Shown one piece after another: positions 1 to 9,855 of a stretch of 64,000 bases of DNA. The stretch covers positions 512,001-576,000 of the forward strand of contig CAVZDU010000003.1 of assembly GCA_963774265.1 (NCBI GenBank), given 5' to 3'. The stretch's first letter is position 1; every line of letters begins with the position of its first letter. The notes beneath the pieces are model-generated. The model was given only the letters and a program-made list of their open reading frames with translations. It did no database searches and was not told the origin of the DNA. Both the position numbers and the translations under genes were made by a program. Source of the stretch: an uncultured Chloroflexia bacterium (GTDB lineage: Bacteria; Chloroflexota; Anaerolineae; CG2-30-64-16).

Positions 1-451
1 CAATGATCCAGTCGAGGTCGCTCGCGCGGATGATCCCCTCCTCGATCTCCTTCTCGTCCAGTGCCTTGCGCAGGAACAGCGGCACAACGATCTGACGCGC
101 CACCCACCCCATCTGCTCCCGGCTATCGCCGACCCCGAACGAAGACACGTGAATCAGACGCATGACCCCAGCCTGGCTCATCGCCGCAACGATGTTCTGG
201 ACGCCGCCCGGCAGCACGCCGTATTGCCCACCGCGTGGCCCCAGCGCTGACAGGACGGCCTCATGACCGGTCACGCCGTGGCCGACGGCCGCCGCATCTG
301 TCACATCGCCCTCGACGATCGTGAGTCCCGGCCGCGCCTCCAGCGCGGCCGGGTTACGCACAAACGCCGTCACCTGGTGGCCCTGCTCCAACCCCTGGGT
401 CAGCAGCGCTCGCCCCGTTCCCCCTGTAGCCCCGAACACCAATAGCCTCAT
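1..451 (-). CDS. NAD(P)H-binding oxidoreductase (flavin reductase/BVR-B-like atypical SDR), 3' end outside window
   Basis: Own translation from ATG 451: MRLLVFGATGGTGRALLTQGLEQGHQVTAFVRNP...IVEGDVTD (GxxGxxG Rossmann motif); AGGAG RBS upstream; not in ORF track because it has no stop in the window. Confidence 0.85.
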   Translation of the reverse strand, partial: MRLLVFGATGGTGRALLTQGLEQGHQVTAFVRNPAALEARPGLTIVEGDVTDAAAVGHGVTGHEAVLSALGPRGGQYGVLPGGVQNIVAAMSQAGVMRLIHVSSFGVGDSREQMGWVARQIVVPLFLRKALDEKEIEEGIIRASDLDWII

Positions 452-506
452 GTTGAACAACTCCTCTGGCGCGCCTGCGCGCTTATCCCCCAGGACCGGC
501 AGAACG

Positions 507-1250
507 CTAATTCCCCAGCCTCGCCAGCAAGGCAACTGTCGCATCCACCACCTGCGCCTGCTGCGCCTCGCGGCTGATACTGGCAACGCCGTCGCCACCT
601 TGTGGGCCATACCACCCCATCTGGGCGTGGTTGCCGCCCTCAATCGGCACGAACTGCGTGTCGGCCGGCAACAGCGGCCGGGAAGCGGCGATCTTTGCGC
701 GGGTTGCCAGGCCGTCTTGCGTGCCGTAGATCGAGACAGTTGCCAGCCGGCGGCCTGCCAGGCTGTTGTTGCCGGCCGGGTAGGCCGCCCACAACACCAG
801 CCCCTGCACGGCATCCGGGTGCGTGTAAGCGAAGTTGGCGGCCATCGCACCGCCCAGGCTGTGGCCGCCGATCGCCCACTGCTCAACCTCCGGATGTGCG
901 GCGATCACCGCCTCGGCTGCGGCCGGCCTGAACACCGCCAGATTGAACGGCACGGGCACGATCACTGCCAGGTATCCCTGCGCGGTGATCGCGCGGGCGG
1001 CCGGCGCATAACTGCGAGCATCCACGCGGCCGCCGGGGTAGAAGATGAAGCCCGTGGTCGGCTGCCTCGCCGCGGGCACGAAGGTCAGCCACGGCGCGCT
1101 CGTGACCTGAACCGCGGCATCAGACCGAAGCGCGGTGGTTGCCTCGGGCAGCGGTCCCAGCGGTGTGTACGCCCAGGCGGCAAATCCCGCACCACCCACG
1201 AGCAGTGCGACCAGCAGGATAACCAGAACGCGTTTCAAGATGCGCATCAC
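507..1250 (-). CDS. Alpha/beta hydrolase with N-terminal membrane anchor
   Basis: GHSLGG nucleophile elbow, IFYPGG, GTQDG Asp, GGNH His. Confidence 0.9.
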   Translation of the reverse strand: MMRILKRVLVILLVALLVGGAGFAAWAYTPLGPLPEATTALRSDAAVQVTSAPWLTFVPAARQPTTGFIFYPGGRVDARSYAPAARAITAQGYLAVIVPVPFNLAVFRPAAAEAVIAAHPEVEQWAIGGHSLGGAMAANFAYTHPDAVQGLVLWAAYPAGNNSLAGRRLATVSIYGTQDGLATRAKIAASRPLLPADTQFVPIEGGNHAQMGWYGPQGGDGVASISREAQQAQVVDATVALLARLGN

Positions 1251-1284
1251 CTTGCCTGTGGGCTGGCGGGCAACGGCTCCGGGC

Positions 1285-1384
1285 TGGCCGGCGGCCGAAG
1301 CGGTCCGACAGGCGGCCCATCAAGGGCGCGCCGATGAATTGCGCGGTGGCATAGGAAGATATTGAGAAGACAAGAACGTTTCAC
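1285..1384 (-). pseudogene. Remnant of TetA/DHA1-like MFS transporter
   Basis: Reads SYATAQFIGAPLMGRLSDRFGRRP (MFS motif A), with GTG start and GGAGAGG RBS; rest of gene missing. Confidence 0.7.
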
Positions 1385-1442
1385 CGATGACCTCTCCGCT
1401 CACCGTGGCTCCCCGCGGCGTTGCGTGTCTGTGGGGCCCTGC

Positions 1443-1484
1443 TTTACAAACCGGCGTTACGATGTATAATTCATTATACTGAAT
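1443..1484 (+). promoter_or_regulatory. Sigma70-like promoter of marR with overlapping palindromic operator
   Basis: TTTACA (1443) -16 nt- TATAAT (1465); ATTCA-n6-TGAAT inverted repeat at 1469-1484. Confidence 0.55.
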
Positions 1485-1502
1485 ATTTCACCAAAGTAAA
1501 GT

Positions 1503-1817
1503 ATGGGCGCCATGAACGACCGCGAAGCAACACAAGCCATCTTGGACTGGACCGCCATCTTCATGCGGCTGTCAATGAACGACTTCCTCCGCTTCGCGCG
1601 CGGCTCCGGGCTGTCGTGGGCGCAGATGGCGGTGATGATCCTCCTCCACTACCGGGGCCCGCGCGAGGCGATGGCGTGCGGCGAGCTTCTGCAGCTATCG
1701 CCCGCGGGCGCCAGCCAGATGATCGAGCGGCTGGTGCAGCAAGGGCTGGTGCAGCGCGGGCAGCCCAGAGAGAACCAGCGCGCGTTCAGGCGTAACGCCG
1801 GACACTCGGCTCTCTGA
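1503..1817 (+). pseudogene. MarR-family regulator, truncated before the wing
   Basis: GLSWAQMAVMILL...LQLSPAGASQMIERLVQQGLVQR, then the expected DxR wing and last helices are absent; IS remnants follow. Confidence 0.7.
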
Positions 1818-1824
1818 TTTCACA

Positions 1825-2245
1825 CATCAGCCGAATCAGGCTCTTGCGGTGCAACTCGGTCACGTGGACCATCTCATCCAGTATGCGACTCGCGCGCTAT
1901 GATGCGCCCGGACGTAACGCAGGCGCATGCGCAGCCGATATTTGTGGCGTTTGTTGATCGTCATTTTGTCTTCAGCAGGCATAGGCCCTCGGTAACATTT
2001 TCATTTGACCTAGCTATACCTGCTTCGGTAACATTCTAGCTGGCCTAACGCGGTCACGTGGACCATCTCATCCAGCAACCGGCTGCGCTCGCTACGGTGC
2101 GCCTGCACATAACGCAGACGCATGCGCAGCAGACACTTGCGGCGTTCGTTGATTGTCATTTTGTCTTCAGCAGGCATAGGCCCTCGGTAACATTTTCATT
2201 TGGCCTAACTATACCTGCTTCGGTAACATTTTAGCTGGCCTAACG
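1825..2245 (-). mobile_element. Two tandem fossil left ends of an integrase-type (IS481/ISNCY-like) IS
   Basis: ~194-bp tandem duplication (1857-2050, 2051-2245). Each copy encodes MPAEDKMTIN(E/K)R(R/H)K..LRMRLRYV.A....RLLDEMVHVT; copy 1 continues ELHRKSLIRLM. Each has two subterminal direct repeats with core TCGGTAACATT. Confidence 0.7.
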
Positions 2246-2365
2246 CGACGCCTGGCTTCCCCCGAGCGGCCGTGCTATACTGATTTCACGCGGACAAATG
2301 GCCGGCAGCAGTGTGTCCCCGCTGGCGGTCCAATGCGCCCCATGTCCTTCGTCGGGAGGTGACTT

Positions 2366-2917
2366 ATGCGAGATCGCTTCCTCAAGCAGACGAAACGTGA
2401 ATACAGTCCCCGCCAGCGGGCGGCGCTGCTGGCGGCCGCCGGCGTGCTCTTCATAGTCATCCTGCCGTGGGCCCTCGTCCGCCTGGGCGGACGGCTGGAT
2501 CGCCTGCTGGATTGGCCGGCGCTAGTCCACCCGCCGGTGAACGCCATCGCCGGCGGGCTGATGATCCTGGCCGGCTGGCTGCTCGGCATATGGTCCAACT
2601 ACCTCCAGTTTACCCTGGGCCGGGGCACACCGGTGCCCGTGATGGCCACGCAGAAGCTGATCATCCGGCCGCCCTACGCCTACTGCCGCAACCCCATGGC
2701 CCTCGGCGCGATCATCGCCTACTCGGGCGTGAGCGTGGTCATGGGATCGCTGGGCGCCGCACTGCTGGTGCTTCTGGGCGCAGTTGCGCTGTTGACCTAC
2801 ATCAAGGTCGTGGAGGAGCAGGAGATGGTGGCGCGTTTCGGCGAGGAGTACCTGGCCTATCGGCGCCAAGTGCCGTTCCTGATCCCGAGGCTGAGACGGC
2901 GCAGGACCGAGGAGTAA
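2366..2917 (+). CDS. Isoprenylcysteine carboxylmethyltransferase / phospholipid methyltransferase family membrane protein
   Basis: GRGTPVP, PYAYCRNPM, EE...RFGEEY..YRRQVP motifs; multiple TM segments. Confidence 0.9.
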   Translation: MRDRFLKQTKREYSPRQRAALLAAAGVLFIVILPWALVRLGGRLDRLLDWPALVHPPVNAIAGGLMILAGWLLGIWSNYLQFTLGRGTPVPVMATQKLIIRPPYAYCRNPMALGAIIAYSGVSVVMGSLGAALLVLLGAVALLTYIKVVEEQEMVARFGEEYLAYRRQVPFLIPRLRRRRTEE

Positions 2918-2920
2918 CCT

Positions 2921-3937
2921 ATGTCGTGGCAAGCGCAACTCAAAGCCGATCCAGTGCCGTGGCTCCTGGACACGAACGCGCCGGGCGTGCGCTACCTGGC
3001 GTTGCGCGACCTGCTCGACCTGGCGCCGGACGACCCGCAGCTCGCGGCCGCCCGCCGCGCGGCGCATCAGGCCGGACCGATTGCGGCCATCCTTGACCAG
3101 ATGGATCGCAGCGGGTTTCTGGGCCGAGCCTGGTCCCGGCTACCTGCCCAAGTACCGGTCAACCGTCTGGTCGGTCATCACTCTGGCGCAACTGGGCGCC
3201 TCCATCGACGAAGACGAGCGCATCGGACGGGCGTGCGCCTACGTCCTGGACCACGCGCTCGAACCCGGGCGGCCAGTTCTCGATATCCGGCCCACCCTCC
3301 GGCACGGTGGACTGCCTGCAGGGCAACCTGTGCTGGGCCTTGCTCGAGCTGGGCTGCGGCGATCCCCGGCTGGAGACCGCGTTCGACTGGCTGGCGCGCA
3401 GCGTCACCGGCGAGGGCATCGCGCCGATGACAGAGCGAGCCGCGCCGGTGCGCTACTATGCCGGCAAGTGCGGGCCGGACTTCGCCTGCGGAGCCAACAA
3501 CAAGCTGCCGTGTGCCTGGGGCGCGGTCAAGGTGATGCTGGCGCTGGGCAGGTGGCCCGCGAGCGGCGGACGCCGGTCATGGAACGGGCCATCGAGCATG
3601 GCGTCGCCTTCCTGTTGGGCATCGGACCCCGCACTGGCCGAGTACCCCAACGGCTACAGCGACAAGCCGAGCGGCAACTGGTGGAAGTTCGGCTTCCCCG
3701 TCTTCTACGTCACCGACCTGCTGCAGATCGTCGAGGCGCTGGTCGCGCTGGGCTACGGCCGCGACCCGCGCCTGGCCCACGCGCTCGACGTCATCCGGGA
3801 GAAGCAGGATGCCGCCGGCCGCTGGCCGCTGGAGCTATGATTACACCGGCAAGACCTGGGTCGACTTCGGGCCGAAGAAGCAGCCCAACCCGTGGGTCAC
3901 GCTGCGGGCGTTGCGGGTGCTGAAGGCCGTGGCGTAA
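2921..3937 (+). CDS. Prenyltransferase/squalene-cyclase-like alpha-alpha barrel protein, frameshifted
   Basis: Fragments in several frames: DPVPWLL..., YLPKYRSTVW, DCLQGN, WWKFGFPVFYVTDLL, KQDAAGRWPLE, PNPWVTLRALRVLK. Confidence 0.7.
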
Positions 3938-3960
3938 GCAAGGGTGATAAGGAGGAAGCC

Positions 3961-4605
3961 ATGTCAGTCCTGAACCGTATCGCTGCTGCACAGGGCCGCC
4001 GCGACGAGGCGCCCAACCAGGAGCTGGCGCGCGACCTGGCCGAGCGGGAGTATCGCGCCGGCATCCGCGAGCTGGTCGCCAACCTGCACCACGCCGACCA
4101 GAACGTGCGGAGCGACTGCCTGAAGACCCTGTACGAGGTCGGCTATCTCAAGCCCGAGCTGATCGCCGACTACACCGGCGAGTTCGTCCGCATGTTGCGC
4201 GACCGCAACAACCGCATGGTCTGGGGCAGCATGATGGCACTCGCCACCATCGCACCCCTCCGCCCTGAGGAGCTGTTCCAGCAGCGCCAACGCATCCAGG
4301 ACGCGATGGCCGAAGGCTCGGTGATCACATTGGATAACGGCGTCAAGGTCCTGGCCGCGGTTGCGGCGGCGGACGATGCTTACCGGGCCGAGCTGCTCCC
4401 CTACCTGGTCCACCACCTGCAGACCTGCCGGCCGAAGGATGTGCCCCAGCACGCTGAGGCGATCGTGCTGGCTGTGGACGCGGCGCACGCGGACGCGTTC
4501 GTCGCCGCGCTCGAGCGCCGGCTGGCGGTGATGAGCGCCGCGCAGGGCGCGCGCTTGCGGAGGGTGATGAGGCAAGCGGGGGCGGGCAGAAGCGCGGCAC
4601 AATGA
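3961..4605 (+). CDS. HEAT/ARM-repeat hypothetical protein
   Basis: AGGAGG RBS then MSVLNRIAAAQGRRDEAPNQELA...NNRMVWG; all-helical pattern. Confidence 0.7.
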   Translation: MSVLNRIAAAQGRRDEAPNQELARDLAEREYRAGIRELVANLHHADQNVRSDCLKTLYEVGYLKPELIADYTGEFVRMLRDRNNRMVWGSMMALATIAPLRPEELFQQRQRIQDAMAEGSVITLDNGVKVLAAVAAADDAYRAELLPYLVHHLQTCRPKDVPQHAEAIVLAVDAAHADAFVAALERRLAVMSAAQGARLRRVMRQAGAGRSAAQ

Positions 4606-4690
4606 CCTATGCCGGACGGGTGCGTTACCATCTGCTGCCACAAGTATTGCTGCTCCAGATACCCGCAGAACACCGACGAAAGGAGCATTG

Positions 4691-5005
4691 ATGGAGATCC
4701 TGATCAGAAACGAACGCGAAGAGGACACCCGTGTTGTTGAAGAGGTGACAAGAGAAGCCTTTTGGAACCTCTATTCTCCGGGCTCAGGGGGAACTCCTTG
4801 ATATGGCATCCTTTGGCCCCGTGAGCGTGTACACCCTGAGTATCAGAGACAGGGTATTGGATCCAGGCTGATTCAGCACTCACTTTTTGCCGCCAAGGGC
4901 CTCGGCCGCACAATTACTGTAAGCACGGCTTCAGGAGCGGGAGGGACCTGGCAATCAGCGACAGCAACGGGGACTATCCCTATGGATTGCTTGCTCTACA
5001 GCCAG
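4691..5005 (+). pseudogene. GNAT N-acetyltransferase (YhbS-like) remnant with internal deletions
   Basis: MEILIRNEREEDTRVVEEVTREAFWNLYSPG, then EYQRQGIGSRLI (motif A) and NYCKHGF in other frames; AGGAG RBS. Confidence 0.7.
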
Positions 5006-5065
5006 GAGATATTCTCCATCGCTCTTCGCTCCTTTTTGCGATGAAATACCTGGAGGAGATCAGAG

Positions 5066-6049
5066 ATGTTCGAAATGAACCAAGCTCCAACCACAGAGTC
5101 CAGTCACTTTCGACTTCAACCGTTGGCCGAAGGTGTCTTCGCCGCCATTGCCACGAACGGTGGATCGGCCATCTGCAACGCGGGCATCATCGATCTCGGG
5201 GGACAGGCGCTGGTTTACGACACCTTTCTGACGCCCCAAGCCGCCAGGGATCTCCGGCAGGCGATCGCCGACCGCTTCGGGCCGATATCCTGCATCGTGG
5301 TCAACAGCCACTATCACAACGATCATATTTGGGGTAACCAGGTCTTCGCGGCCGATGCACAGATCGTTTCCAGTCGTCGCACTCGCGAACTGATTGCGAC
5401 CGAAGGAGCGGACGAGTTTAAGTGGTATTCGGCCAATTCTGCTCAGCGGCTTGAAGCTCTCCGCGCGCAATATCAGACCGCGGACGAACAGCAACGGCAG
5501 GAGTTGCTGCTGTGGATGGGCGAATATGGCGGGATTGCCGAGGCCTTACCGCACCTGACGGTATGCATGCCCAACATCACTTTCGATGACCACCTGGAGA
5601 TTCATGGCTCCAGATACACGGCCGAGTTGATCGCCTATGAGGGTGGCCACACAGGACACGACACAGTTCTTCATCTCCCCCAGGCAGGCATCGTGTTCAT
5701 GAGCGACCTGCTTTTCGTCGGTTTCCATCCTTATCTCGCCGATGGCAATCCGGCGCAACTGCTGAAGGCTTTGCAGGCAGTCAGCCAACTGAATGCGACT
5801 TGCTTCGTGCCCGGCCACGGACCGGTGGGGACTGCAGACGATCTCAAGCTGATGATCGCATATGTCGAGGATTGCCAGGCAACGGCGCGCGCGCTGGTGG
5901 ATGGCGGACATGCTTCCGAAGGCGAGCTCGATCAACTGCGCGTTCCTGAAAGATATGCCGATTGGCTTCTGCCGCGCTTCTACAATTCCAACATCCGCTT
6001 CATGTGCGGCCAATTGACCGGCCAGATCCTGCCGTCTTTGACACAATAG
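5066..6049 (+). CDS. MBL-fold metallo-hydrolase (cyclase-like)
   Basis: SHYHNDHIWGN, GHT, SDLLF, PGHG metal motifs. Confidence 0.9.
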   Translation: MFEMNQAPTTESSHFRLQPLAEGVFAAIATNGGSAICNAGIIDLGGQALVYDTFLTPQAARDLRQAIADRFGPISCIVVNSHYHNDHIWGNQVFAADAQIVSSRRTRELIATEGADEFKWYSANSAQRLEALRAQYQTADEQQRQELLLWMGEYGGIAEALPHLTVCMPNITFDDHLEIHGSRYTAELIAYEGGHTGHDTVLHLPQAGIVFMSDLLFVGFHPYLADGNPAQLLKALQAVSQLNATCFVPGHGPVGTADDLKLMIAYVEDCQATARALVDGGHASEGELDQLRVPERYADWLLPRFYNSNIRFMCGQLTGQILPSLTQ

Positions 6050-6093
6050 GTGCTGACCTGGCTATCACTGCCGTTCAAGGATGGTGAACTCGC

Positions 6094-6663
6094 ATGAATC
6101 CGCTGCTGCTTGATCTCCCGACGGAATTTGTTTCCGAGCGACTCCTGCTCCGCTGTTACCGCCCTGGCGACGGCGCGCTGTACTTCGACATGCTACGCGC
6201 GAACTGGGACCACTTGTTTGAATTCCTGGCGCCATCCCACCTGGCGGTGCAAAGCGAGGAGATGGCTGAGGAACTCATTCGCCGGTTAATGGCCGACTGG
6301 ACTTTACGCAACCTGTTCATCTTCGGGATCTGGGAGAAGGAGAGCGGGGTCTATGTGGGCGAGAGCTATCTGGCGAATGCGGATTGGGATGTTCCCCGCA
6401 TCGAAGTCGGGTATTTTGTCGTCCAGTCGCAGACCGGGAAAGGCTACGCGACGGAAGCTGCGCGCGCCACAGTGCGGTTTGCCTTCGAGCACCTGGGGGT
6501 TCTGCGGGTCGAGTTGCAGTGCCGGGCGGACAATCAGGCAAGCAAGCGGGTGGTTGAACGCTGCGGCTTTGTGTATGAGGGGCGCATGCGCCAGAGGCAT
6601 CGCAAGAAGGCCGGCGACCTGGTCGATGTGCTCTGGTATGGACTGCTCCGTTCAGATGCATGA
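6094..6663 (+). CDS. GNAT acetyltransferase, RimJ/RimL type
   Basis: SERLLLR, EVGY, GKGYATEA, N.AS.RV.ERCGF..EG. Confidence 0.9.
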   Translation: MNPLLLDLPTEFVSERLLLRCYRPGDGALYFDMLRANWDHLFEFLAPSHLAVQSEEMAEELIRRLMADWTLRNLFIFGIWEKESGVYVGESYLANADWDVPRIEVGYFVVQSQTGKGYATEAARATVRFAFEHLGVLRVELQCRADNQASKRVVERCGFVYEGRMRQRHRKKAGDLVDVLWYGLLRSDA

Positions 6664-6761
6664 CCGCCAGAAAACAAACGTGAGGGCGATCAACCTGGCC
6701 GCCGGCATCGCGCTGGCCGCCACCAGCGCGCACGGCGCCAGCGGCCGCTACACCCTCAAAC

Positions 6762-6805
6762 ACCTTGAAAATCCTGCTTGACATGCGGGATTTTCAAGGT
6801 ATAAC
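6762..6805 (+). promoter_or_regulatory. Sigma70 promoter bracketed by a perfect 13-bp inverted repeat
   Basis: ACCTTGAAAATCC (6762-6774) / GGATTTTCAAGGT (6788-6800); TTGACA 6778, TATAAC 6800; ATG at 6812 (leaderless). Confidence 0.65.
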
Positions 6806-6811
6806 GGTGTC

Positions 6812-6920
6812 ATGATCGAACGCACCGCCCTCCAAGACACGATTCAGTAAGGGCTGACGCGCAGCCGCGTCGTCGCGCTCATCGGCCCGCGCCAGTGCGG
6901 GAAGACGACCCCGGCGACTG
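6812..6920 (+). pseudogene. AAA_14/DUF4143-type ATPase, 5' remnant
   Basis: MIERTALQDTIQ*GLTRSRVVALIGPRQCGKTT: Walker A with a premature stop, rest missing. Confidence 0.7.
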
Positions 6921-7049
6921 ACGATGTCCGTTGGCAGACCGCGTGACGGTCACGCCCCTGACAGCCATCGCAACCGGTGCGCAGGCGCTTGACCCGGGGG
7001 CGGCGACCTGATGCCGGCCGCCCAAGGCTGCTCCCTATCTGCTGTTCTG

Positions 7050-7277
7050 AAGATGTCACTGCCTATCATTTCAAAGGGCAACCACGAGGCATGGGTCACG
7101 ACCGGTCTGCCGCATATGATCAGCGGGACGATCCGGGGCGTACGCCTGGTCGTCGTACACTTCGCGCTGGCCGCGGATGGCAGCTCGCTCGTGGCCGAGA
7201 GCCCGCGTTGGGGTGATGTCGAGATCCTGGACCTCTTCGCCGACACGCCCGGCGATTTGGTGTGCTTTGGCGCATGA
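7050..7277 (+). pseudogene. Metallophosphoesterase remnant
   Basis: KGNHE motif, VVHF and DLVCFG segments; N-terminal DxH motif absent. Confidence 0.45.
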
Positions 7278-7948
7278 TCCAACAGCGTTCGGCAAGAGCG
7301 ATTTGCCTGTTCATCCTGTGTTTCTTCGCAGCTTGGACGGTGCGCGCCACTTATCTCTATGGGATCGACGATGCCATCGCCTCAGATGCGCTGCGCACCG
7401 TCTACTCGCTCGTGGTCAAGCTGCTCCTGTGGGGCGTGCCGGCGTTCGGTTATGCGCGCTGGGTGCGGCGGCAATCACCGTTTCGCTATCTGGGCCTTGC
7501 AACCCTGCCCTCCGCCCGGCAGTGGCTCAAGTACCTCATCATCATCGGACTTCTCCTGGGTGCGCAGGTTGGTTTTGAAACCATCGTGGGAGGCAGGCGG
7601 GTTCCCCTGATCGGCGTTCATGCTGCGCTCACGGCGCCCGGCCTGCTCGCGCTCGCCGCCTCGGCATTCCTTGAAGAGCTGCTGTTTCGTGGGCTGCTGT
7701 TACATGAGCTGGCAGCGCTGCTGTCGCGCTGGGGCGCCGTGCTGCTGAACTCGCTGCTCTTTGTCGGGATTCATCTGCCCTTCTGGTTGTCGCACGGTGG
7801 CCTGAGCGCGACGATGCTGACCAATGCGGGGGGTGTCTTCCTCTTCAGCCTGCTGGCCGGGTGGCTCTACCTCGACAGCGCGTCCATCTGGCCGCCGACC
7901 CTGACGCACATCGCCAATAACTGCCTCGCGACCGTCTTGATCAATTAG
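7274..7948 (+). CDS. CPBP/Abi family intramembrane glutamic protease
   Basis: EELLFRG, F...H, HIANN motifs; multi-TM. Confidence 0.9.
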   Translation: MIQQRSARAICLFILCFFAAWTVRATYLYGIDDAIASDALRTVYSLVVKLLLWGVPAFGYARWVRRQSPFRYLGLATLPSARQWLKYLIIIGLLLGAQVGFETIVGGRRVPLIGVHAALTAPGLLALAASAFLEELLFRGLLLHELAALLSRWGAVLLNSLLFVGIHLPFWLSHGGLSATMLTNAGGVFLFSLLAGWLYLDSASIWPPTLTHIANNCLATVLIN

Positions 7949-7956
7949 GAGAGCCT

Positions 7957-8913
7957 GTGTTCACATCCCGTTACTACGAATCCGAGCACGACTTACGTCA
8001 GATGCAGGCCATGCTGATGGCCGCGCGGGCGCAAACCGGCGACCGGCGCTATTCGCATCTGGGCGTGGCCACCTTTCGCTTCTTCATGGTGGCTTGCCAC
8101 CTGGACGCACGCCGACACGTCCGGCTCTGGCATGATCAATACGGCCGTTTGATTGCCTACGCGCTGCTGGGCGAGGATCCCGCCTTCGATTGCGAGGTGG
8201 CGCCGGAATATGACGGGGTCGGGCTGGAGGCTGAGGCGCTCGACTGGGCGGAAACGCGTCTCCGCGCGCTCCGCCGGCGCGACGCCAGCCGTTGGGGCGG
8301 GCCTTTGGTCACCGGCGTCCGGCAGGACAATACCGAACGCATCGCGTTTCTGGAGCGGCGCGGCTTCCGGTATCGCGGGGAATTCACCGAAGTCAACATG
8401 CTGCGCTCGTTGGCCGAGCCGCTTCCTCCGGCCGTGCTGCCTGCCGGTTACCAGGTCCGGCCACTGGTGGATAACGCGGCCGAGATCGCCGAGCGCACCG
8501 CGGCTTATCGCGAGGTGTGGCTGCCGTGGACGGACGGCAATATGAGCAACGAGGACTACGCCCACTTCATGCGGCTGCCCGGCTACGACCGCGATCTCGA
8601 CATCGTCGCCGTCACCCTCGGTGACGCCGTCACGCCGGCTGGGGTCGTCGCCGCCCTGGTGACCGGCTGGGCTGACCCGGTCAACCGGATCGGTGAGCTC
8701 GACGCGGTCAGCGCGCGGCAGGCTTACCGCCGGCAGGGCTTCATGCGCGCGGCGCTGCTGGAATGTCTGCGCCGGATGCAGGCGGCCGGGATGAACCGCG
8801 TCTGCGTCTCGACGGGGGAGACGAACACGCCGGCGCGACGACTCTACGAGTCGGTGGGGTTCAGGGTCGTGAACCGGTATCTCGATTACGTGAAACCAGC
8901 AGGTAGGCAATAA
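7957..8913 (+). CDS. Tandem GNAT acetyltransferase
   Basis: YRRQGF motif A, N.PA.RLYESVGF; second degenerate GNAT N-terminal. Confidence 0.85.
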   Translation: MFTSRYYESEHDLRQMQAMLMAARAQTGDRRYSHLGVATFRFFMVACHLDARRHVRLWHDQYGRLIAYALLGEDPAFDCEVAPEYDGVGLEAEALDWAETRLRALRRRDASRWGGPLVTGVRQDNTERIAFLERRGFRYRGEFTEVNMLRSLAEPLPPAVLPAGYQVRPLVDNAAEIAERTAAYREVWLPWTDGNMSNEDYAHFMRLPGYDRDLDIVAVTLGDAVTPAGVVAALVTGWADPVNRIGELDAVSARQAYRRQGFMRAALLECLRRMQAAGMNRVCVSTGETNTPARRLYESVGFRVVNRYLDYVKPAGRQ

Positions 8914-9097
8914 AATAGCCGCCTGTCCGGCGGCTCGCTCATAGCAGATGCTACCTCATCGTACACAATTGCGGCGACGTTAGCAGGATGCTGCTTCTCA
9001 GGTTACTCCTCATACTACTCCTAAGGTTCAAGCCGAACTCATGACACTCCCGGGCAGAGACAAGCGACTTCCGGTCGCTCCAGGAGGTCGTTTGGTG

Positions 9098-9601
9098 TCA
9101 GTTGTCTTTGCGGTTTGGCGGTGGCGGGAGGGTCGCGTGGTGATCCCGCCAGCCGCCGGCCTCAGCCGCCACAAGCCGCGCGATGGTCTCTGCCGTAACC
9201 GGTGGCGGGGGCGCTGAACGGTCCGCCACCGCTTCGCCCGCTGCCTGGAAGAACCCTTCGATGCCGGCCGGGGAGAAGGTCGCGAGCAGCCTGGCCGGCG
9301 CCGGTCCGTTCTTGAAGGCATGCACCGTGTCTCGAGGGATATGCACGAAGTCCCCGCCGGAGAGCCGGAACGATTGCCCACCAACCTGGAAAGTCAGCTC
9401 GCCCTCGAGGACGTAAAACTGTTCCTCCTCGAGATGGTGGACGTGCGGAGGCGGGCCGCCGCCCGGGCTCACGGCTACTTCCAGCGTAAAGTAGCTTCCC
9501 CCCGACTCCGCCCCGGTCACGAGATACGTGAACAAATCCCCCATTACCCAGTATGCCTGGCCCGTCCCGGCCGGCCGATACACAATCTCATTTGACATCA
9601 T
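9098..9601 (-). CDS. Cupin domain protein (quercetin dioxygenase-like)
   Basis: PPPHVHHLEEEQFYVLEG and GDFVHIPRDTVHAF cupin motifs. Confidence 0.9.
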   Translation of the reverse strand: MMSNEIVYRPAGTGQAYWVMGDLFTYLVTGAESGGSYFTLEVAVSPGGGPPPHVHHLEEEQFYVLEGELTFQVGGQSFRLSGGDFVHIPRDTVHAFKNGPAPARLLATFSPAGIEGFFQAAGEAVADRSAPPPPVTAETIARLVAAEAGGWRDHHATLPPPPNRKDN

Positions 9602-9855
9602 TTCTCACCCTTCTGTCGCTACACAACACGCACCCGGAGCCCGTGCCATGACGCTACAAATACCCCGCTAGTATCACTCAAGACGGCCTCTCATGATGTA
9701 TGTGGCCCCCCCATCCACTTCCGCCCGGCACGCACGCTTCCATCAAGGAGATCGAGGCCAAATTTCCGAATGGAGCAAGCTGCAGTGAGAGCCTGCGCAT
9801 TCATACGCAGGCTCTCACTGGATCCGATACTTCGCGAGTGTCGCCCCGTTCTATT

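Noticed and set aside
1857-2245. CRISPR array or integron attC sites (GCCTAAC/GTTAGGC motifs, short repeats)
   Set aside because: Only two long units, no unique spacers, no cas or intI gene, no attC-like pairing; explained by IS ends with transposase codons
2921-3937. Nitrogenase NifH (a label I recall for this family)
   Set aside because: No P-loop or NifH motifs; sequence is an alpha-barrel type
2366-8913. Integron cassette array
   Set aside because: Gene types are cassette-like, but I found no recurring attC between genes and several genes are nearly abutting
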